A stretch of DNA of 64,000 nucleotides from a virus (IMGVR_UViG_3300032321_001419:2327-66326), one strand, 5' to 3'; numbered from the stretch's first letter, positions 38,054-48,970 are shown. Translations and numbers: made by a program. Notes: generated by a model not told the origin, from the letters alone.

Positions 38054-38503
38054 CTAAAGATTGACCACTTTGTTTATCTTAGTATCTAATCTACGAAGGT
38101 CTTCTCCGGTAGTCAAGAGAATACAGTTCTTATAGTCATACCAATTAATACGATACTGAGTATCTAGCACTCCTCCGTTTAAGGATTTAATTAGAGTATT
38201 TAATGCATTAATTGTGTATAATGTATTAGATTCCTTTTTGCGATGTAATAATATCGTATTTGGGAGGGGTTGAGATGATACGTTTCCCGTGTCAATATTA
38301 TATGTGCAGACTAATTCATCAGAATCAGGAGATTCAAGAACGAATATCTTGTTAAATAATATTGAATATTTGCTACTGATCGTGCTTATAGTTTCATCTA
38401 CCGCAGAAGGTGATGTAAATGTGCAAAATAATTTGTTCAAAATATTCTCGGTTGATATATCCGAGATAAATATGTCAGAATACTCGAAAACAACGCTACG
38501 CAT
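38054..38503 (-). CDS. Hypothetical protein, 149 aa
   Basis: KLFCTF...HRKKESNTLYTINALN; located in the replication cluster. Confidence 0.6.
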   Translation of the reverse strand: MRSVVFEYSDIFISDISTENILNKLFCTFTSPSAVDETISTISSKYSILFNKIFVLESPDSDELVCTYNIDTGNVSSQPLPNTILLHRKKESNTLYTINALNTLIKSLNGGVLDTQYRINWYDYKNCILLTTGEDLRRLDTKINKVVNL

Positions 38504-39779
38504 AACTTTCCATCGCTTTATAGTTTATTCCTTTTTTAGTTTTAACTGGGTATTTCATAATTTTTTTAATTTCTTGTAATAATTCTGCACCATCTGATTC
38601 TGAATAATCAAATAATACCGCATCATATGTGTATAATACTAATTTTGTTTGTTTATCTTTTAAGTAGTCTAAAATATTTAGTAAAATTTTAATGTTTGTT
38701 GATGTTTCACAACTCTGAATAATATAATTAAATATTTTTGTAGGGTTTGGTGTTTCTATTTCGTTTAATTTAAACGTTTTATTTACAGTATGGACTTTTC
38801 CATCATTATTTAATAATTTCCATACTCCATCAACATAAGATGATGCTTCTTTAAAGAATGGTTTGTCTTTATATTCTTTTCTTATACCACCATACAAATT
38901 TTGGAACATTTCCTCTTTACCTACATTTAAACTTTCATAAATGTTATCAGCTGATAAAGGAAAACCAATTAATTCACCAATTAATCGAGGATGATATCCA
39001 CTAAAGTCCATTTCTATGAACGCGTTATTGGATGGTTCATAGCATACTCGTTCGTTATCGGTTTTATTCAACGCAGCAAAATTAATGCCATTAAACCTGT
39101 TGGATGGACGTGAAGTCGTTGTATATAAATTATATTGCGTGTATATTTTACCTTTATGTATATTAAATTCAGGATAATGTAAAGATTCTAAATATTGTGA
39201 TATAAAGCACTGTTTATTCAACGCTATTCCGTTTTTCTCAATACGGTGGAACGCCACGCTGGTTAATTCGTTATTAAACCTGTAAATGGCATCATTTGCG
39301 CTATATTTGTGTATAACTGGTAGCACCATATCAAATATAGTTTCTTGTTCCTCATAATGTTTACTTATGGGGATTAGTGAATTTACTATTGAATTATTTG
39401 GATAATGTCTGTAGTAAAAATCAGTGCATTTATTTGCAACTATATTATCATCTAAATTAATATATTCAATAAAATTGATATCATATAATTTTTCAGGGTG
39501 TTGGAAATGGTATAATGCTTCTTTCTTTTGAGGAACAAACATTTTATCAACATTATTAAATAAATGTTGTAATGTTTTTTCTTTATCTAATTTAAAAGCC
39601 TCAGTATGATTCAAACATAATATCCATCCCTTTTTATGATTTATAGGGCGAATATAAATTAAACTCAAATCAGTAAGATTTGGGTGATAATTATTATTTA
39701 ATGGGATAAAATTTACAAAGCAATCTCCTAGATCTTGTAATTTAGCTAGTTGCTCTGCCTTTTCTACTATGTAAAACAT
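38496..39779 (-). CDS. Compact family A DNA polymerase-like protein
   Basis: TTTSRPS, EMDFSGYHPRL (motif A), KEEMFQNLYG (motif B), NYIIQSCET, YTYDAVLF (motif C variant); 427 aa, no 5'-3' exonuclease domain. Confidence 0.7.
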   Translation of the reverse strand: MFYIVEKAEQLAKLQDLGDCFVNFIPLNNNYHPNLTDLSLIYIRPINHKKGWILCLNHTEAFKLDKEKTLQHLFNNVDKMFVPQKKEALYHFQHPEKLYDINFIEYINLDDNIVANKCTDFYYRHYPNNSIVNSLIPISKHYEEQETIFDMVLPVIHKYSANDAIYRFNNELTSVAFHRIEKNGIALNKQCFISQYLESLHYPEFNIHKGKIYTQYNLYTTTSRPSNRFNGINFAALNKTDNERVCYEPSNNAFIEMDFSGYHPRLIGELIGFPLSADNIYESLNVGKEEMFQNLYGGIRKEYKDKPFFKEASSYVDGVWKLLNNDGKVHTVNKTFKLNEIETPNPTKIFNYIIQSCETSTNIKILLNILDYLKDKQTKLVLYTYDAVLFDYSESDGAELLQEIKKIMKYPVKTKKGINYKAMESYA

Positions 39780-39801
39780 TTGTCATAACCTTTATATTTG
39801 T

Positions 39802-39831
39802 AATGTACGAATAATTTATTTAAAAGCCAAA
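39802..39831 (-). promoter_or_regulatory. Bacteroidota-type promoter upstream of the PolA-like gene
   Basis: Minus strand TTTG-N20-TACATT. Confidence 0.5.
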
Positions 39832-40371
39832 TTAGTTATCATTAGCTGATGATGTATCAACAACATTTTTAGAAAGAAATCCTCCTAATCCTGGCATTAT
39901 TTGGTCATATTTGTTTAAATCATTATTATTATTTAATTTATAATCAATTTGGGCTAATTGATATATTGGATTTGTTTTTAAAATTTTAAATTCTTCTTTA
40001 CTTATCTCTCTTATTAGTATAGGAGTTTCATTTAATTTTTTAGCAAAATATCTTGTTTTATATCCTTGTATCATTTCTTCATCCGTAAATGTAAAAGTTT
40101 TACCAGATGCTACAGTATTATTTAATTTAACTTTAGATAAAGTTCCATATAAAAAACTACTTGCTTTTTTTAAAAATGGATTTTGTAAATCAAATATTGT
40201 TATTTTTCTAAGTTCAGGAGCTAAAACATTAAAAACTTTTCCAGCAAATGTTTTTCCATTAATTTCATAATAATATCCTTGATATTCTTTATTAGTTTTA
40301 ATATCTATATATTCTTTCCCAATAGTATATTGAGATTGTATTGTTATATTTGAAGGTAATCTAACAGCCAT
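39832..40371 (-). CDS. Hypothetical protein at the end of the baseplate operon
   Basis: 179 aa, YTIGKEY...YQGYYY. Confidence 0.5.
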   Translation of the reverse strand: MAVRLPSNITIQSQYTIGKEYIDIKTNKEYQGYYYEINGKTFAGKVFNVLAPELRKITIFDLQNPFLKKASSFLYGTLSKVKLNNTVASGKTFTFTDEEMIQGYKTRYFAKKLNETPILIREISKEEFKILKTNPIYQLAQIDYKLNNNNDLNKYDQIMPGLGGFLSKNVVDTSSANDN

Positions 40372-40382
40372 GTTTTTTTATT

Positions 40383-43223
40383 TTATGTATTTGATGGTTT
40401 TGGTGCTTTAAATATATAATAATACCAATCATCTGAGTTTATAGAGTTATATACAAATTGTGTTTTGTAGTTAGAAGCATTACTAGTAGCCCAAGGATGT
40501 GAATTACTTTTATTTAATATACCACCAGTATATATTTGAGTATGACCATATTTGTGGGATGAACCCCCTGCATTAGGATTAGCTGCCCAATAAATAACTA
40601 TATCACCTACTTCCCAATTTGTTGTTTTTATAGAATTAGCAAGTGTAGCTTTAGTAACTTTACCTTGAGAATATTCTTTCCATCCTAATTTTTTTAAATT
40701 ATTTCTATAGGCTTCATCTCTAGCATTACCACCAGCAGCAACTGCACTTCCTATATTATTTGTAGTTTTTCCTCTTAATAAATTAACATAATGATAAGCT
40801 ATAGTATAAGAATATCTTGCACATTTACCAGGAGTTTCTCCATTTTTTTCATAAGTAGCATTTCCCGCTTGTTTCATAGCATCAATTTGAGTAGGAGTGG
40901 CTTTTAAATTTTTAGGAACTGGTGGTGGATCTACTTTAGGATCTGTAGCTGATACTATTGTTTCACCAGCTGTATCTGTATCTCCTTTTGCAATATCAAC
41001 TACTAAATCCTTTAAGAAATCACCATAATTAATTTTACTGCCGGTTGGATTATCTAATATTATAAACTGTGAATCAATACTGGTAGTCCAATCTTTATTA
41101 GATACTTTATGTCCTAATCCAGTAATAATCATCCCTATTTTAGAACCAACCTTACCACCTTCAACATCACCTTTATATCCTCTAGGTAATATATCTAATG
41201 GAAGTTTAAAAATATGTCCTATAACTAATCCTCCAATTCCATCCATTTCTGCAGAGAATTTTATTGGAATAATACTACTATTTTTTAATCTAGAATTAGA
41301 AACATTTACAAAATATCTTATTACATCTCTTAAAGCACTTCTATAAGAACCAGCTTTATTAATATCAAAAGCAGATGTTGTAGACCATGGAAAAAATCCA
41401 GAGGTATCTACAAAAAAGCTATATAATGTTTTTAAATTTTCTTTTAAATTTGCTAATTGTTCTTCTTCAGCTTCTAATAGAGATTTAGTATTATCTTGTG
41501 TTGGATCTGTTTTTCTAGTAATTGTTCTATCTGAAATATTTTTATTAAAAGCAGACATTGTGTTACTATCAGTACCTAATGTTCCTCCTTGTACTTGAGA
41601 ACCAATTGCAATGTTTGTTGCTTGTTCAGGAAATATTTGAGATTCCAATTTATAGGATCGTACTGTAGATTTAAGATTATGTACTTGTAATTCAAAAGAA
41701 TTTTTATATACTTCATCTCTAGTAGCACTATCCACATAATTAATATCTATAATTCTAGCTTTACTATCAATAGGATCAACGTGAATATCAAAATTATTAA
41801 CGTTTCCTGTAGAATCAGATATTGTTGCTAATACATTTTTTAAAAAATCATATACAGATATTTCTTGTTTTTCTTTTTTATCTTGGGTTTCTAAAATACT
41901 ATTAGTACTTAAAGTATATAGATATTGAAGATTAATATACATATTTCCTATTACACCTAATTCAGTGTATGGATCATTATCCTTAAAATAATCTTTTAAA
42001 CCAGTATTTTTTAAATAAGATGTTGAATCAGAAGCATCACCCCAAATTGTATTTTTAATTATACAAGTAGTTGGATCTACAGATAATTGTAAAGGATGAG
42101 CTAAACATAATAAGAGATCTTCATCACCATTATATGCTCTTCCTCTAATAGAAAATTCAATTACTGGTTTTCCACTATTTTCATCTTTTAATAAAACTTT
42201 ATTGTTTAATAAATATATTAAACCACCTAAAGTAATATATATTTGTTTTTTATCGGAAGAGGTTCCTACTTTAGCATCATCATCTGTGGCTTCTGAGTTC
42301 TTTAATACTGTTTCTCTAACAAAAAAATCATATCCTTTATAATTATAAGCTGCTCCTTCATCACTACCATTTTCAGCTTTATCTACAATCTCATAAAATT
42401 CTGAGAATAAACCTGCTAATATATTCTTTTTATATTTATTAGCAACTTCTTTACTAATACTATCGGATAATAATCCCTTTCCCCCTTCAATTAATTTTAT
42501 AGTTAATGGTGAATAATTAATTTTTAAAGATTCAAGAATTTCTCCAATTGATATTACATCAACTTTACAATCATATCCTCCATCAGGGCGAGCAGACCAA
42601 TTATAATTTTTAATATAACCAAACATTGAATCATAATTACCACCTGTTTGTAAGGACTTAGCAAATATATCTTTCCAAATATCTTCTTTAACTCTTTTTG
42701 TATTAATTATATCATAAGTATCTACATTATATGCTAATGAATCTTCATCTTTTAAATAAGGTAACCACCCCCATTCAATTAATACTGTATATCCAGGGCG
42801 CATATATAGTAATTCTAACTCTTCAAGTTGTTTAATATCCCAACATTGAAAATTTACTGTTATCTCACGTAATGAACCATATGCTGATTTAGACTTAATA
42901 TCTATATCAACAATACCGGGCATTGGGCGAAGACCTCTTTGATTAATTATATTATCAGCTGTAGTTCTACTGTATGCAGAATCATTAGTTCCAACTCCTG
43001 ATCTTAATTTACCATTAGAATCTAAGTTACCACCTTGAAGTATGTATTTTTTAGCTAATGCTCCTTTATCATTATCAACATCAACACTAGAAGACATTCT
43101 AATCCATGCATTTCTAGAGTTTAAATATTTAATAGAATTAGGTGTCCTATTAAATATAGCATTTTGACGTGCCTTTAATTGTTTTTGAATATCTTCCTTA
43201 AAAGTATCTTTGAATATTGACAT
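40383..43223 (-). CDS. Baseplate hub-like protein with C-terminal CHAP/NlpC-type peptidoglycan hydrolase
   Basis: N-terminal RPMPGI..IDIKSK..YGSLRE..VNF...LYMRPG..VLIEWGW; C-terminal GKCARY...GNA...GDIVIY...YGHTQIY (Cys...His dyad). Confidence 0.55.
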   Translation of the reverse strand: MSIFKDTFKEDIQKQLKARQNAIFNRTPNSIKYLNSRNAWIRMSSSVDVDNDKGALAKKYILQGGNLDSNGKLRSGVGTNDSAYSRTTADNIINQRGLRPMPGIVDIDIKSKSAYGSLREITVNFQCWDIKQLEELELLYMRPGYTVLIEWGWLPYLKDEDSLAYNVDTYDIINTKRVKEDIWKDIFAKSLQTGGNYDSMFGYIKNYNWSARPDGGYDCKVDVISIGEILESLKINYSPLTIKLIEGGKGLLSDSISKEVANKYKKNILAGLFSEFYEIVDKAENGSDEGAAYNYKGYDFFVRETVLKNSEATDDDAKVGTSSDKKQIYITLGGLIYLLNNKVLLKDENSGKPVIEFSIRGRAYNGDEDLLLCLAHPLQLSVDPTTCIIKNTIWGDASDSTSYLKNTGLKDYFKDNDPYTELGVIGNMYINLQYLYTLSTNSILETQDKKEKQEISVYDFLKNVLATISDSTGNVNNFDIHVDPIDSKARIIDINYVDSATRDEVYKNSFELQVHNLKSTVRSYKLESQIFPEQATNIAIGSQVQGGTLGTDSNTMSAFNKNISDRTITRKTDPTQDNTKSLLEAEEEQLANLKENLKTLYSFFVDTSGFFPWSTTSAFDINKAGSYRSALRDVIRYFVNVSNSRLKNSSIIPIKFSAEMDGIGGLVIGHIFKLPLDILPRGYKGDVEGGKVGSKIGMIITGLGHKVSNKDWTTSIDSQFIILDNPTGSKINYGDFLKDLVVDIAKGDTDTAGETIVSATDPKVDPPPVPKNLKATPTQIDAMKQAGNATYEKNGETPGKCARYSYTIAYHYVNLLRGKTTNNIGSAVAAGGNARDEAYRNNLKKLGWKEYSQGKVTKATLANSIKTTNWEVGDIVIYWAANPNAGGSSHKYGHTQIYTGGILNKSNSHPWATSNASNYKTQFVYNSINSDDWYYYIFKAPKPSNT

Positions 43224-43227
43224 AACA

Positions 43228-43533
43228 TTATCTAGCTAGATTAAAATTATTAAACAATGATAATACAGTGTTTAAATCTGTAGGTATTCTTAATTGAGTA
43301 CCAGGTTCAGGATACATTAATCCTTTAGTGGAATTATTATTAGCCATAGCAATAATCCACCATAATGTAGCATCATTATAATATCTATAAGCTAATAAAT
43401 CTAAACGATCTTCACTTGATGTTATAACATACGCATCAGATTCTGATACAGGAATATTAGGATATGATTTTCCCTTCCAATATGGTTTTCCTTTTGGTGT
43501 TTTTTCTATTGTTGGATTATCGTATCTATTCAT
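43228..43533 (-). CDS. LysM-like baseplate wedge / tail-X (gp53-like) protein
   Basis: EDRLDLLAYRYYNDATLWWIIA.AN...GTQLRIP. Confidence 0.75.
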   Translation of the reverse strand: MNRYDNPTIEKTPKGKPYWKGKSYPNIPVSESDAYVITSSEDRLDLLAYRYYNDATLWWIIAMANNNSTKGLMYPEPGTQLRIPTDLNTVLSLFNNFNLAR

Positions 43534-43536
43534 TGT

Positions 43537-45825
43537 TTATTTTTTTGGAAATCTATTTTCTTTTGAAAAGTTTTCATCTATTACTGCTTGTTCAGGGTCT
43601 GTTCTTCCTTTTTCTGTAATGTATCCTGGATATGTATCTGGAAGATATCTGAAGAATCCTTGGCCTGGTTGGTATTGTGGTAATTTTTGGGGGATAATTT
43701 TAAATTGGAATGAAGCATCTAAATTCATAGCTAATCCAGCATCTATATCCCAAGTAGCTTGATCAGGAATACTATAAGATATATTATCTAATATACCATA
43801 TTCACCTACTAAATAATTACCTACATTTAATCTAATTAAAACTCCACCTAAAAAATTATTATTATATGAACCAGCAGTAACAGATGCTATTTGTCCTAAA
43901 GCTCTATGTTTTTCATACAATTGTTTTTTATTAAAACAAGGTATTTGTAAATTAAAAGAAACGCTACGTTTAAATTTATCATAAACATAAAAACTTTCAG
44001 CTCTACCAGCATAATTTATTTCATTCCATGTAGAACTAAAATCATCTTTAAAACCATTTAAATATGCTGAAAAGTTAATTTGATCTTCTGAGCCGTTAAA
44101 TGGGTTTATTATTCTAAATACTATTTGAAGAATATCTGAATCGATTCTTTGAAAGTCAAGGGTATTATTATATGTATTTCTAGAACCATCCATATCGGTT
44201 CTAGCATCACCATAATATTTAAATGTTTCTGATCCTCTGTCTAAAGATGTTAATTCTTTACTATCAAATTTATAATCTCTAGCGTTACTTTTTGTTTTTA
44301 GTACTTCTACTGCATCTCTTACAACTTCATAACCTTGTTGAGGAGTTAAAAGAACACCATTATTATCATATTTACTATTAATAGCATATAGTTGTGTAGG
44401 AGCTTTAGTTGGTCTTAAAGGATCAATAGTATTTAATTCTCCTAATGTTTTATCTCTATATTGAGTAGATACTCCTAAAGTATTATAATAGTTTATAGGA
44501 TATTTTTCTCTTACTCCAGGATTATACCCAATACTACCACTAAAATTACTTCCATCTAAAATAGTATTATCTATAGCATCTTTTAATTTTTGATAAGTCT
44601 TTAATTTAGGATTAACTGAATTATCGGGGATTACGTTTTGGTTAGTTTGGCTAAATGAAGGTGAATTAATTTCTTCAGCATTTAGTCCATATCCTTTAGA
44701 TACTCCTAATGAACCTGTACTTATAATACTAGATTTTGTAATATTCCAATGATATGAACCACTTATATCGTTTTTTAAATTTTGGGGATTTGTTGCTGAT
44801 CTATTTATTAAAGATGAACCTAAAGGGGTAAGTAAATTAAAACCTGTCCAACTTTCTCTACCAAAAGAAGAAGATGTAAATTTTGTACCATTTGTAATTG
44901 GATAAAAGCTAGGATCCATTTGTAATGGAACTGCAGAAACATTTCCTTCATCATTAATAGTACCAACACGGGTATTACCAGCATAAAATTTTGAAGTTTC
45001 AAATGCTTGTTTAATAAGAGTAAAATCTGCTGTATTATCATATCGTGCGATTCTAGTCCTTCCTATACCATAAGTTGAACCGGGTCCACCTATATAATCA
45101 GCTATTGTTTGATTAGCATTTAATGATGGAAGTGGATTTTTAAAACCAAATATTCTGCTTGCTGTTTTAACAACACTACTAAGAATACCAAATCCTTTAT
45201 TTGTAGTAGATGTATTTAAAGTACCATCTCTTGGGACTACATTTCCTAAAGTAAATTTAGTAGTTAATTTTGTTAATCTATTATTACCATTTTTATTATT
45301 AGCAGTAACAACAGCTGAATATTTTGTTTGATCATCCTGTACAGGTAATAAACCATGTCTATTAAAGTGTACACCAAATGCATTAACAGGTACCTGTAGA
45401 GCAGTGTTAATACCTAAATTATATACACGAGTAGGTCCTACTTCATTAGAAATTCTATTTACAGTATTAGCAATAAGATTACCAATATTTGTAAATAATC
45501 CTAGTCCTCTAGTAGAACGATCTGTAGTGAATTGTCTGCTTTCTAGTTTTGGATTAGATAATTGTAAACCGACTTGTTTTATAATAAATAACGGTCCCTT
45601 TGGAGCATCCTTTAAGAATTTTCCTATGCGAAGTAAATCGGTAGTTGATGCCTTAGCAGCCCCAACCGCACCTCCTCTAATTAAGCCATCATCGTTTTTT
45701 TTAACGGTTTGATTGCCTAAATTAATATCGGATTGAATGTATGGTTGACCACTATTACCACCACCAATTTCGTCTCTACCGTATTTTAGTGATTTTAAAT
45801 CAGTTTTTAAATCTATAAGAGCCAT
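43537..45825 (-). CDS. Baseplate / tube-initiator-like structural protein
   Basis: C-terminal FSAYL..FKDDFSSTWNEINYAGRAE.FYVY..FKRSVSF resembles tube-fold initiator domains; follows the tape measure gene. Confidence 0.5.
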   Translation of the reverse strand: MALIDLKTDLKSLKYGRDEIGGGNSGQPYIQSDINLGNQTVKKNDDGLIRGGAVGAAKASTTDLLRIGKFLKDAPKGPLFIIKQVGLQLSNPKLESRQFTTDRSTRGLGLFTNIGNLIANTVNRISNEVGPTRVYNLGINTALQVPVNAFGVHFNRHGLLPVQDDQTKYSAVVTANNKNGNNRLTKLTTKFTLGNVVPRDGTLNTSTTNKGFGILSSVVKTASRIFGFKNPLPSLNANQTIADYIGGPGSTYGIGRTRIARYDNTADFTLIKQAFETSKFYAGNTRVGTINDEGNVSAVPLQMDPSFYPITNGTKFTSSSFGRESWTGFNLLTPLGSSLINRSATNPQNLKNDISGSYHWNITKSSIISTGSLGVSKGYGLNAEEINSPSFSQTNQNVIPDNSVNPKLKTYQKLKDAIDNTILDGSNFSGSIGYNPGVREKYPINYYNTLGVSTQYRDKTLGELNTIDPLRPTKAPTQLYAINSKYDNNGVLLTPQQGYEVVRDAVEVLKTKSNARDYKFDSKELTSLDRGSETFKYYGDARTDMDGSRNTYNNTLDFQRIDSDILQIVFRIINPFNGSEDQINFSAYLNGFKDDFSSTWNEINYAGRAESFYVYDKFKRSVSFNLQIPCFNKKQLYEKHRALGQIASVTAGSYNNNFLGGVLIRLNVGNYLVGEYGILDNISYSIPDQATWDIDAGLAMNLDASFQFKIIPQKLPQYQPGQGFFRYLPDTYPGYITEKGRTDPEQAVIDENFSKENRFPKK

Positions 45826-45834
45826 TGCTTAGAT

Positions 45835-46071
45835 TTAACCAGTATATTTACTTGTTGGTTTGTATTTGTCTTTGCTATCACCAATATCTAAGCGAGATGG
45901 TTGTGGTTTTGTACCACCACCACTAATTTTTCTCCAAGTTACATTTGGTTTTCCTGTAGTAGAAAACTCATCATGTAATGAACCTGGAGGAAGTGGATCT
46001 ACTCCAAAACTTACTGGTTTTTCACCACCTAGACCAAAAATACTTGATTTGATTTTATCTAATAATCCCAT
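45835..46071 (-). CDS. Hypothetical structural-region protein, 78 aa
   Basis: MGLLDKIK...PSRLD; has its own ATATTTAT motif upstream. Confidence 0.55.
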   Translation of the reverse strand: MGLLDKIKSSIFGLGGEKPVSFGVDPLPPGSLHDEFSTTGKPNVTWRKISGGGTKPQPSRLDIGDSKDKYKPTSKYTG

Positions 46072-46112
46072 AATTTATTGTGTTTATTTGTTTAGTATAA
46101 ATATTAAATTTA

Positions 46113-48689
46113 TTAAGCTACTTTATAGGATCCTTGAGTTAATCCACTGCCTACTTTTTTACCATCCATATTAATATTAATTGGGCGATTTGCTAATTTA
46201 GCAACTTCTGCTCTAACTTCATTTATTGCTGTTATCATTGGAGCCATGTCATTACCTTTTTCACCACCTCCACTAATTGATTCTCCTATTGCTTTTATAG
46301 GTGCTGTTATAAAATCGGTTATACCACCTACTATTGATTCATTAGATCTATTAGCAGCAAAATTATCTAAAGCATCTAATTTACTAACATCAATTCCGGC
46401 TAATGCTGATGATACTTGAGTTAAAGCAGTTGCCATACTTTGGAGTGCTGTTGCTGTATTCATTAATTGGTCTCCTTTATTTGCTAATTGAGATATTATT
46501 CCTATAGCAATTAATGCTCCTATACTACCTACTATAGCTCCTGTTCCCAATGCCGTTAAACCTATACCTATTAATGTAAGAGCAGGTCCTAATGAAAGTA
46601 TTTGACCTATATCCATTTTAGCAAATGAATCAAATACAGCAGCCATTCCTTTACCAAAGGCTTCTACTGCAGGAGCTGCTAAATTTAATGCATATCCTAA
46701 TGATACTGCTGCTATTATAAAAGCTGCAAGTCCTAGAGCTGCTACTCCTGTTAACATTGCTGCACCAAATACTTCTAATCCAGCGGCTAACTCTGTCAAA
46801 CCAGCTGTTGCGGAAGGGCCAATTGATCCTAATATTCCCATAGATAAAGCAAAAGCACCAAGACCAATTGCTACCTTAGTCCAATCTTTAACTTTTTCTA
46901 ATTCTTGAACAGCTTTACCAAATACATATATAGCACTAGAAGCTACTAACATAGCAGCAGCACCTCTTAATAAAGCTCCAGTGTTAATTTTAGATAAACT
47001 TTCAGTTATACCACCAGCTTTAGTTCCTGATGGTACTGATTCAGTAGCTTTTTTAACAACACTTTCAGCAGCTTTTTTTCCACCGCTTAATACGTCTTTT
47101 AATTTATCTTTAATACCACCTAAGTTTTTAAAAGCATTTGTAATGTTATTAAATTTTAGTATAGCAATTGCTCCTAATATACCATATAAAGCATATGAAT
47201 TGCTTAATATACTAGCAAGACCTGAAAGTAACATTCCAATAGGGCCACTAGCAATTACTGTTAGTATATCAGATAGTTTTTCAACAGCAGCATTAATTAT
47301 ATCTTGTAAATTTTGACGTTTTTGTGCTTTTAATAAGTCTTCTTTATTTTGTTCGGCTATAGATTTACCAGTTTCTTTTGCAATTTGTTGTTTTTTTAAT
47401 TGTTCTGCTAATTGATCAGCAGTTAAACCTACAGCTTCAGCTAATGCTTTTTGCTGTAGTACATTCATTCGTTCGAATTCTTCAATAGATCCAACATTTT
47501 TTGCTAATTCTTGAGCTAATGTTACTTGATCACCTGCTAATGCTGCTGCTCTTGCTCTTTCTAAATTTAATTGTTTTCCAGTTAATAACTCTGCTTTTAA
47601 TTCATTTTCAATAGATGAACCAAAATCAAGTAATTTTTCAGCTTGACTAGCTGTTTGTTCTAAGGTAGTACCTAAAGCAGATGCTTGTACTACTGCTTTT
47701 GTTATTAATGCTGGATTATTTTGTAAATTAGCAGCTAATTGACCTGATACTTTAGCAGCTGCGGCCATAGTTGCTTTAAAAGGGACACCAACTTTTAATT
47801 GGTTTCTAGTTGCTGCAAAGGCACCAACCATTTCATCATTTACTTGAGATGATGATTTTCCTGTTAATACAGATAATTCATATATTCTTGCTGCTTCTGC
47901 TCCTGTTAAACCAAATTGTTTGGTTAACATTATTTGGGTTTCTAAAGCATCTTGAGAAAATTCAGCTACATATCCAGTAGCTTCACTCATTTGGGATATT
48001 GCTTCAGCTGCTGCTTTAGAGTTTAAATTTATATTATTAGAGGCAACAGAACTAGCAGCTAAACTATATGTTAATTCATCAGCTTCTCCTCCACTATAAC
48101 CTAAATTTTTACTTAATTCTACTGATATTTTATTAAATTCAAGTGCTTTAGATATTATTAATGCAAATATACCAGATAATGTAAGCATTTCTGTAACATT
48201 AGCTTTAGTAGTACCTAAAGTTTTATATAAATTATTTTCTAAAATATTAGAAAGAGAATTTTGTTTTTGTTTTTCCTTTGCTATTTTTTCTTCCTCTTCA
48301 TTTATTTGTGATAATTTAACTAAAATAGTTTGAGTACTTTCTAATTGTTGAGTGGCAAGTTTATTTTGAATTAATTTTTCTCTTATACGACTTTGTTCGT
48401 TAATATTACCACTAGCTAAAGCTTGAGAATAATCAAATTCTAATCTTATTTTTTCAACACCTAATTGATTACTAGTTTTTTTAAGGCTTAAAAGTTTATC
48501 ATTTAATTTTTTAGTAATATTTTCACCTTTACTAAAAGCTTCAATAAATTCTTCAGCATCATCCTTTAAAGCTGAGAATTGTTTGCTCATTTGTTTATCT
48601 AAGGTAGTAGCTATACTTTTTAGACTATCGTCAAGTAGGTCTAAATCTTCATTAAGCTTTTCAATTATTTCTTTTCTATTTTCAGCCAT
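46113..48689 (-). CDS. Tape measure protein
   Basis: 858 aa, Ala/Leu-rich helical protein with hydrophobic C-terminal segments, located after the tube and chaperone genes. Confidence 0.85.
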   Translation of the reverse strand: MAENRKEIIEKLNEDLDLLDDSLKSIATTLDKQMSKQFSALKDDAEEFIEAFSKGENITKKLNDKLLSLKKTSNQLGVEKIRLEFDYSQALASGNINEQSRIREKLIQNKLATQQLESTQTILVKLSQINEEEEKIAKEKQKQNSLSNILENNLYKTLGTTKANVTEMLTLSGIFALIISKALEFNKISVELSKNLGYSGGEADELTYSLAASSVASNNINLNSKAAAEAISQMSEATGYVAEFSQDALETQIMLTKQFGLTGAEAARIYELSVLTGKSSSQVNDEMVGAFAATRNQLKVGVPFKATMAAAAKVSGQLAANLQNNPALITKAVVQASALGTTLEQTASQAEKLLDFGSSIENELKAELLTGKQLNLERARAAALAGDQVTLAQELAKNVGSIEEFERMNVLQQKALAEAVGLTADQLAEQLKKQQIAKETGKSIAEQNKEDLLKAQKRQNLQDIINAAVEKLSDILTVIASGPIGMLLSGLASILSNSYALYGILGAIAILKFNNITNAFKNLGGIKDKLKDVLSGGKKAAESVVKKATESVPSGTKAGGITESLSKINTGALLRGAAAMLVASSAIYVFGKAVQELEKVKDWTKVAIGLGAFALSMGILGSIGPSATAGLTELAAGLEVFGAAMLTGVAALGLAAFIIAAVSLGYALNLAAPAVEAFGKGMAAVFDSFAKMDIGQILSLGPALTLIGIGLTALGTGAIVGSIGALIAIGIISQLANKGDQLMNTATALQSMATALTQVSSALAGIDVSKLDALDNFAANRSNESIVGGITDFITAPIKAIGESISGGGEKGNDMAPMITAINEVRAEVAKLANRPININMDGKKVGSGLTQGSYKVA

Positions 48690-48720
48690 ATTGGTATAAT
48701 ATTACATTATATAAATATTG

Positions 48721-48745
48721 AAAGCCCCTATTTTTTAGGAGCTTT
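48721..48745 (-). terminator. Probable terminator at the end of the chaperone pair
   Basis: Minus RNA AAAGCUCCUA-AAAAA-UAGGGGCUUU; the stem is perfect only on the minus strand (one G:U pair). Confidence 0.55.
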
Positions 48746-48970
48746 CGTTGTGTACGTTGGGGCTATATTGGGTCGCGCTATTTCTTTTTGAGTATTTTGT
48801 TTGTTGTTTAACATGTTTTGCTGTTTTTCATTTTCTTCGTTTTGTTTATCGAAATGTTCTTTAATTTTATTAAAGGTAAATCGACGAAGCCAAATAGGCA
48901 TGTTATAAATAGTATCCCAACTAAAACCACCATTACCATGAAATACTATATCATGGATTTGAGCAAACAT
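48728..48970 (-). CDS. Tail-assembly chaperone C-terminal partner (gp51/gpT-like); possibly made as a frameshift fusion
   Basis: FAQIHDIVFHGNGGFSWDTIYNMPIWLRRF; its frame stays open upstream through a T7 run at 48998-49004. Confidence 0.65.
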   Translation of the reverse strand: MFAQIHDIVFHGNGGFSWDTIYNMPIWLRRFTFNKIKEHFDKQNEENEKQQNMLNNKQNTQKEIARPNIAPTYTTKAPKK

